Below, one piece after another: positions 56,477-64,000 of a stretch of 64,000 bases of DNA; within the stretch, counting starts at the first letter, position 1; each line of letters begins with the position of its first letter. The stretch comes from the human T2T-CHM13v2.0 reference genome, Homo sapiens. The notes below the pieces were generated by a model, which ran no database searches, was not told the origin of the DNA, and was given only the letters and a program-made list of their open reading frames with translations. The position numbers were made by a program, and so were the translations under genes. The stretch is from NCBI RefSeq assembly GCF_009914755.1, contig NC_060929.1. One strand, given 5' to 3'.

Positions 56477-57274
56477 TTATAAGTAAAATTGTGGCATATT
56501 AATTATATCAACTAGAAAAAAATGAAAAAAGAAAAACAGTATATTAATACAGAAATGAAAAGAAACATTGGAGAGGTGTTAAAAAATGAATGGACAAAAA
56601 ATACCAGATGAAAGAAGTTTAGATGCGAAAAACAATGCAATACATTAATCAGATTACAAAAAGCTAATTTTTGTTGTTTTCATTATTGAATTACATTTTC
56701 TTTTTAAAATTTTTTAAAAAATAGCTATAGTAAGGTTATATATCAGTAGGAGAATATAATATACATTTTAAAAACAGACCATTAGATCTAAACACAGACC
56801 AGCAGAGGAAAGATAAAGCCACTATTTATAAAATAACTTTAAAGTATTTTACAGTTTAAAAATAAGATATATTTAGCATTTTGGAAATGTTTATTTTAAA
56901 ATGCTTGAAAATTAGAGTTGGCTTTTAAAATTCTACATAATGTTTAAGTATTTTCCATTTTCAATACTTATTTAATTAATATTATTTTTGAAATTTTGCC
57001 TTCTGCCACTATAAAATTTAGTCGTTTAAAAAATCTCTAGAATTTAAATTCATCACTTTTATGTTTATCACTCTGGTAACAAAGTTACATCATATTTACC
57101 TGAAAATATTGAAGTTCAAAGGGAATTTTAAAAAATATTTCCAAAGCTAAGTGAATATTATCAGCCACAAAACTAGGTAAACTTTGGTAAAGTAAATGAT
57201 TGATAGCCTCCATATGTGGAAGAAAACCACACTATTAAAATTAAAACCTTTCTTTTAAACTACAAACTACAATC

Positions 57275-57313
57275 TTATTGGTTCTGTTTCTCTGGAGAAC
57301 TCTGACTAATACA
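57275..57313 (+). mobile_element. MLT2 LTR terminal fragment
   Basis: TATTGGTTCTGTTTCTCTGGAGAACTCTGACTAATACA is the MLT2 3' terminus. Confidence 0.75.
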
Positions 57314-58339
57314 CTAACTCAAAATAAAGCATCAACATCTGCTGCCAAAAATTGCACAGGACATCAGACTACAGAATTTTTCAGCTTACGTTTATTTATT
57401 TTTTCCTAATCTAGTCATGGTTCCACAGTACAATTAGTTACTTCCTTGTCTCTATTCTCTACTTCCTGTCTTTTGTTTCTCTATTCACATTTTACTAGGA
57501 TCTAGGCAAATATATATTTTTTCCTTTCCAACAATCAAGCATCTGGGTTCTGGGGGAGAAAATATCTCACACATTAATACATTAATGGATTACAAATGGC
57601 TGGCTTCCAACCTCAACTGGGCGTTCATGTTTCTCAGCAACATTTTCATGTTACTTTCATTAATTTTCCTGGTTCTTCCTTACAGCAGCTTTTTATAGGG
57701 TTACCCCTAGAGTGTACAAGGATAAGACAGGTAGTTTTGTGGGGTCCCTGTCTGTTTAAGCAAATTGATTAAATCTGTACTACACAATCCATGGGCTCAT
57801 CTGAGTTATAGTAATTTATTGATGAAGATCACAAATACAAGTAGACAAGAGGAATTAATGTGTTTGTTTCTTACTCAAACATCACATGTGAAGGTCCTTA
57901 ACAGAGTCCAAGCACCATCTCTTCATCATTTACTGTCAAATGTCTCATTCCTGAATAATTTTATGTGTTTCTCCACAAGGAAAATGTAGCAGAAGTATTA
58001 CAATGGCTCTTTGGAGCCTGTTGTATTGAATAATATAGTTCTTCTTGCCACTTCTCTAATGCCATTTATATAATGAAGTTTATATCATCACTCATCCATT
58101 GTGGTTTCCATGCATATTGGCTTTCAGTGGCTCTCTCAAAGCTTGGATCTGCGCTTTGATAATGATAACCACAAATGCAATTATTTACCAAGTTAGATCA
58201 AAAAATGAGAAAGATTATTGTTTTGTTCTGGACATGTTAAATTTACTGTTTCAAGTGTTATGACATAAATGTTGAAAGACATCTTTCAACCATGCCTTTT
58301 CTTGTACGAATTAGACCATAAGCCTTGAATTCTTAGCAT

Positions 58340-58905
58340 GTAATATTTCACAATATTGACCTTATCTCTGACTTCCACACCCTGCCACCAACTAATAGAA
58401 TAGTCAACGACAATGGCATGGGGCAAAAAGAGCAGTTTCACTGATGCAAGGAGTGCCTTTGGTAAACACAGCTTAAAACTAAGCTGTGGGTAGTGTGTAT
58501 CACTACATTGATTGGAAACAAGAGAGAAAGTACAGGAATTGGTAGGGCCCGTTGGTATTACTGTGCAACTGTCTTCAGAAGCTCTTGGGAGACAGGCTTA
58601 GTCATCCCTGTAGGACTGCCTGACATGAGAACTGGACACCCCTAGCATGGGGTGACCTCCTGGTACCAGTGTCCAGGGAAATACACCAAAGTGGCATTGC
58701 CAATGCCAACTCATCCATGCCACCAGAGAAAGACAGAAGATTTTGGGGTAGATTATTTTGGCAACTAGGACTCATGTCAGACCAGATTGGGGTGCCCTTT
58801 TCTCAGGTACTGTGAGTCTTAGTTTGTCCCAGGCACTGGACAGTATCCAAGAGGCACAGGACTAAGAGCAAAGGCCTCCCTTGCCTAAGACTAAGGGCTG
58901 TACTG
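58340..58905 (+). mobile_element. Putative Zaphod/MER115-like hAT-Tip100 terminus
   Basis: Ends CCCTTGCCTAAGACTAAGGGCTGTACTG, resembling the recalled MER115/Zaphod end; left boundary unknown. Confidence 0.45.
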
Positions 58906-59096
58906 CTCGATTAAATCTATTTATGTTTTTTTAAAAGTATCTATATCTTCTTCACCACCATTTTTATTCTCTATAGGCCATGTCAATGTTTACTTTAGTG
59001 TGAACATTGAAGATATAAAGTAAAATAAAGTTCTCTCACCATGTCCAACTTGCCAACATTCAACTCCAATTTACAGACAACTCCGTATCCACACTC

Positions 59097-59350
59097 TTTT
59101 TTTTTTTTTTTTTGAGATGGAGTCTCACTCTGTCACCCAGGCTGGAGTCTAGTGGTGCAATCTCGGCTCACTGCAAACTCCACCTCCTGGGTTCATGCCA
59201 TTCTCCTGCCTCAGCCTCCTGAGTAGCTGGGACTACAGGCGCCCGTCACCACACCCGGCTAATTTTTTGTATTTTTAGTAGAGACGGGGTTTGACCATGT
59301 TAGTCAGGATGGTCTTGATCTCCTGACCTCGTGATCTGCTCACCTCGGTC
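59097..59350 (-). mobile_element. AluY, 5'-truncated
   Basis: TTCATGCCATTC, TTAGTCAGGATGGTCTTGATCTCCTGACCTCGTG; stops at CCTCGG. Confidence 0.93.
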
Positions 59351-61304
59351 AAATTATGGTAGTTGGGAACTTTCGTGTTAGAATGAAAGAGCGCTTCAAA
59401 TTACAATGTCTAATGTTAACACAGAATAGCTGAACAATACTGTTCAGATCCACAGTATTTTACTGTATAGCTAAAACATTATTTATTTGTAAAATACATA
59501 TATTATGTAGTTCATGGAGTTGTGGTGAGGTTTAAATACAATATAATAATGTTTGTAAATTACAGTGCCTGGAATATAGAGCACCCTGTGTATATTGTAG
59601 AGGTAGCATATTCGTTCTTATAAAATAATAGACTTGTTTTTTTTCTCTCTGGTTTAAGAGATATAAAAATGTTTCTCTGTTAAAATTTACTCTATGATGA
59701 GAAAAAGCTATAACCAAAGGAAAGTAAATTACATTTTATATGTGAGATTTTGGAGCAGAAACAAGGGTTTGTCTACAGATAAAAAGAAAAAACACTAAAG
59801 CAATTTCTTAAGCGAGGAAGAAAAGTTAACTGTCCTAGCCAGTACCAGCTCAATAGGTAACAAAAGCCACAATGTGAATAGTGATTGTTATTTATTTTTC
59901 AATTCATTATATAAAAATTTATTTTTATTTACCTATTCAAAATTTACATGTATATGATGGAAGCTTGACATTTATATAAGACAGGGATTGGTAGAGTTGC
60001 ATAATATAATTCCACAGATGAACAAGTATAGATAAATATGCATGCAACATTTTTTGATAAAACATTTTAGTTTTCATTATACATAAGAACATCCATTATA
60101 AGGAATCCAGCAAATAAGTTAGATTCAAGTAACCTAAAGAACACTTATGGAGGTGCCCTTAAAAACAATTTAGTCTGGAGGGCATGGATACTTGTATGAA
60201 TAATACAGCCATGGAGTCTTACTTATCCAACCTGGCTTAAAATACAGAAAAAAATAGGTAATAATATTTATTGGAGCATGAGAAACAGTCTGTGTATAAA
60301 GGTGTGGAGGAGCTCAACACATTAAGTCTGTAGCTAATGATGTCAACTAAAGTGTAAGGAAAGTATCACTCTTCAGTGATCGTTATATAAAGCAAACAGG
60401 ACTTATTAGTTGGTGTTTTAGAAATTCAATATAGTTATTTGTATATAACTACAAGTGTGACTAAGATATATATAACATACTGAAATATCTGACAAGGAGA
60501 CGTGAACTATGTCAAAAGGATCATACTTTGTTTAGTTACACGTAAGTATATTGCACGTGGTTTCCGTTAGTTATTTATTATGAATCCTCTTTAGATGTTT
60601 TTAGCTCCATTGCATTATTTGTGTGACAAGCAATCAAGCTTGCTCCCCTTCTTTCTTTCTTTCTTTTTTTTTTTGTCTTAGTAAAGCGTGTTGTTTAACT
60701 GAGCATCCTGTATCATGGCAGGAGGTAGGAGAAGGAGAGGAGATGCTGTATTTCATATCTCTTACATGTTTCTGGTAATATAGAGATCATTAAAAGCAAA
60801 GATCTCTATTGAAAGTGTTGTGTATCTTATCAGTTGGAATTCTAAACTGTATATTTGTAACTTAATGGGCAATTGGATGGGGTAAGCATAATCCTTAATC
60901 GAAATTAATATTTTATTATATTAATATTTAATGGCATTTTATCTTAGTAATATATATGAATTGCATTTTTAAACTCATCTATTTTATTAGTCTTATGGTA
61001 GTTCTGAAGTTTGTATATATAATGTTTAACAGTTTATTCTTTGAATGTGATAAGTAAAAGGAAATAGAAAGTATATTAAAATTGTGGAACTTATATTTAG
61101 TTAGGTCTTTAGTAAAAATTATAGACAGGACATGTAATATTTTCCCTGAATCAACTTCCAGATAAGTAAAAAACCTAATCTACATATTCTATACCATGCT
61201 AAAAAGTAATAGAGATTCCTCATGAATAAATACAAATGTTAACTGTTAGAATGGTAACCTATTACATTTAGGTACTTATAGTAATGTTTGTTTATTAGCT
61301 AAAA

Positions 61305-61517
61305 CAAAGATAAGCCAGCTTTTCTGTAAGGAGCCAGACACTAAATATTTTAGGCTTAGCAAGCCACATGGTCTCTGTTGCAACTCTTGTGGTGTGAAAG
61401 CAGCCATATTTGCCAGTACTTAAATGAATGAACGTGGATGAGTTCCAGTGAAACATTATCTACAAAAGGAGGTGGCTAGCCAGATTTGACCAGCAGCCTA
61501 TCGATCTCTGACTCCTA
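61305..61517 (+). mobile_element. MER58A (hAT-Charlie)
   Basis: TTTTCTGTAAGGAGCCAGA..AAATATTTTAGGCTT..GGTCTCTGTTGCAACT..GAAAGCAGCCATA..CCAGATTTG. Confidence 0.82.
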
Positions 61518-62189
61518 AGTTAAAGCGAAGTGGATACCTCCAAATAGAGTTTCCTACCTTATATAAGACTCATTTTTATGATGTCTAACACCACAGTTCT
61601 CAACCAAATTAGCAAAAAGTTGTTGAAAAGAACTTAATATTTATATTCCAACATTGCCTGTAAGTCACAACTAGCAATAATTAATGTGGTATGTCATTAA
61701 GCGTATCAGGAAAGTTTTATGTTTCTGATTATTTCTCATATCAACAGCCTTACACACTAATTCTTTCATAGTGAATTTTTGTTTTTCAGTTATGATAAGA
61801 CATAGTCATCATTTGAAGATGACTAAGTATTACATAAGCTAAAATTAGATTAGGTAAACTATAGTTAGTATGGTATTAATGCACATATTATGTTGGCCCT
61901 AATGAAATAACCACACAAGAGTAGAAGTATGGATTAGGAACCAAAAGCTCATCATGAACATATAAACTGACCAAGTTTCCACTAACAGTAAATTAAATTG
62001 GAGCATCAAATATCTATTTTTAAATTTGACTCCAAAGCCCATGCTCTGTTCTAACAGACTACTCAACTGTGTACATTGTCTACTATTGCTCTGGTATATT
62101 TAAGTGTTGCTTGGGAAAATTGTTGTTATTTGCAGACACTGAAAATTCCACTGAACATTCATAGCTAGTCGGATTCTCTGTATTTCATT

Positions 62190-63560
62190 GTTGTTGTCCT
62201 CCAAACTGAGATTTTCTCCATACCTCCATACCCTCCTTAGACTCAGCAGTGAAGCTTCCTTCTACACACTGAACAAGATCTTACATGAATTCCTATAACT
62301 TCCTTACTTCTTACTCCAAATAGCTATGAACTGTTTCATTTGTTACTCTCTTTTATTATTTTCTCCAAAATATTATAATCTCTCATCTACTTCACTAAGC
62401 CAGTTAACACAACCTTCCTGAATCTATTCTTTCTCACTACCTCCAGAATCATACTTCAACTGTGATTTTGTGTTCTGTCATTCTGCTAGTTTCTAATCCT
62501 CCACCTACAAACATGCATGGGTCTCTTCTAACCTGATCTCACTCCCCTAATTCCTCAAACTATTTTCACTTCTTCCCTATGTCTTTCACTGAAAAATTTC
62601 TTGAAAAAAGAGTCTATGTCCCTGGACAACTTTGCCATCCACTCAGACATCATACCTCATGCACACGATCCTCTGCCATCATTATTCTGCTGAAATTGAC
62701 TTCTTAAGGGTTTCCTGCAATTCTGGAGAAATCCCTCCTGGTTGGCCTTAGCACTAGGTATCTGGATCCTAAGATGGCAATTCATGTGGTAATTCCCCTC
62801 TTGACTTTGAAAACTCTTTCTTAGCTTTTCTTTATCTTTTCCTAGAATTCTTTTATTTTCCGTTTTCTTTAAAGAAAGGGGTGGTGCTGATTTCACGTCA
62901 TATTTGTACTTTTTTATACTCCCTTCCATGGTAATCTCATTTACTTTCATATATTCAAATGTTATGCAAATTCTATATCTATATATGCACTCTAGGCTCC
63001 AGTTTCTTTTCTTTCCATTTTCAACAGACTGTTTGACATCTTTTCCTGAATACACTTCTATCCATTAAAATGTAAGCTGGTCCAGAACAAACTCATGCAC
63101 ATCCACTAGAGAATGCATTTTTTTACAACTGTCTGAAGCTCACATTTCAAAGTATCTTGAACTATTAATTTTAATTTCCTCCTCAACTTATTTTTGCAAA
63201 TATCAAATATTTCAGGTTCCACGTGTACACCGTTATTTATAGTCAGTGTCCTTTTTCTTATCTTATTGCTGTTGCAGGTCAATCCTTATGGCTCCTCATT
63301 TATTATTGACTTTACTAATATCTTCACTTCACTTCTCTCATCACTTAAAAAATTTAAACCAGACAGCATTTTTCAGTTGTAGGTTGCCTCATATAATTCT
63401 CTCTTCTTCAAACATTGTTAACGCCTTCCCAGACTATTTAATTATTTTCTTTCCACCCTGACCTCTCTAGTTGTCTAGCATATGGCCCTGGAATATATAC
63501 CCAATTTCATTTTCAAGACTCTAGGTACTGGATTTAAGTCAGATCTCATTAGATTGACTC
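62190..63560 (+). mobile_element. Decayed L2
   Basis: Pyrimidine-rich; CTTCTTGAAAA-like, CAAATTCTATATCT, ACAGACTGTTTGACATC motifs. Confidence 0.55.
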
Positions 63561-63641
63561 TCTAGCTGAGGTGAAAACCACTGTCCAAATTCTCAAATGT
63601 GTTTTATTTCCATTACCTGAAATCTTCTATGCTTCATTCAT

Positions 63642-63958
63642 TTATTATTATTATTATTTTTTTTTTTTTTTGAGACAAGGTTTCACTCCATCACCCAGGC
63701 TTCAGTGCAGTGGAGCCATTACGGCTCACTGCAGCCTTGACCTCCCTGGGCTCAGGTGATCCATCCACCCCAGCCTCCTGAGTAGGTGGGACCACAGGCG
63801 CACGCCACCATATCTGGCTAATTTTTTGTATTTTTTGTAGAGACAGAGTTGCACCATGTTGTTGCCCAGGCGTTTCTCAAACTCCTGAGTTCAATCAATC
63901 CACCCACCTTGGCCTTCCAAAGTGCTGGGATTATAGGTGTGAGACACTGCACCTGGCC
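63642..63958 (-). mobile_element. Alu (AluJ) with (TAT)n/T tail
   Basis: ACGGCTCACTGCAGCCTTGACCTCCC, CATGTTGTTGCCCAGG. Confidence 0.92.
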
Positions 63959-64000
63959 TCATTTATAATTTTTATCATTTAAAAATTTTTCTGTCCTTCA

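Overview
AT-rich, CpG-poor primate genomic DNA (human or great ape, since AluY, THE1 and MADE1 are present), most likely intergenic or deep intronic. I see no CpG island, credible protein-coding gene, tRNA/rRNA or CRISPR array. The listed ORFs are Alu/L1/LTR read-throughs or chance ORFs. The window is a fossil record of transposons: 23 Alu copies or fragments (J, S, Y), L1PA/L1PB/L1M and L2 pieces, MIRs, solo LTRs (2x THE1, 3x MLT1, MER31, MER74, MER4) and DNA transposons (MER6, MER2, MER30, MER58A, MER115/Zaphod-like, MADE1). All family calls come from my recollection of consensus sequences and need RepeatMasker/Dfam confirmation; boundaries of old elements are approximate. I find no convincing new multi-component biological system. 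The best structures not explained by that annotation are: a 64-bp TA-bounded near-perfect palindrome (24539-24602), a fold-back hairpin inside an L1 (30939-31021), a 4x42-bp minisatellite with helically phased CAGCTG E-boxes (45612-45779), a miR-548-type MADE1 hairpin split by an AluY, a likely templated insertion copied from 1.7 kb away, and two candidate cryptic exons.
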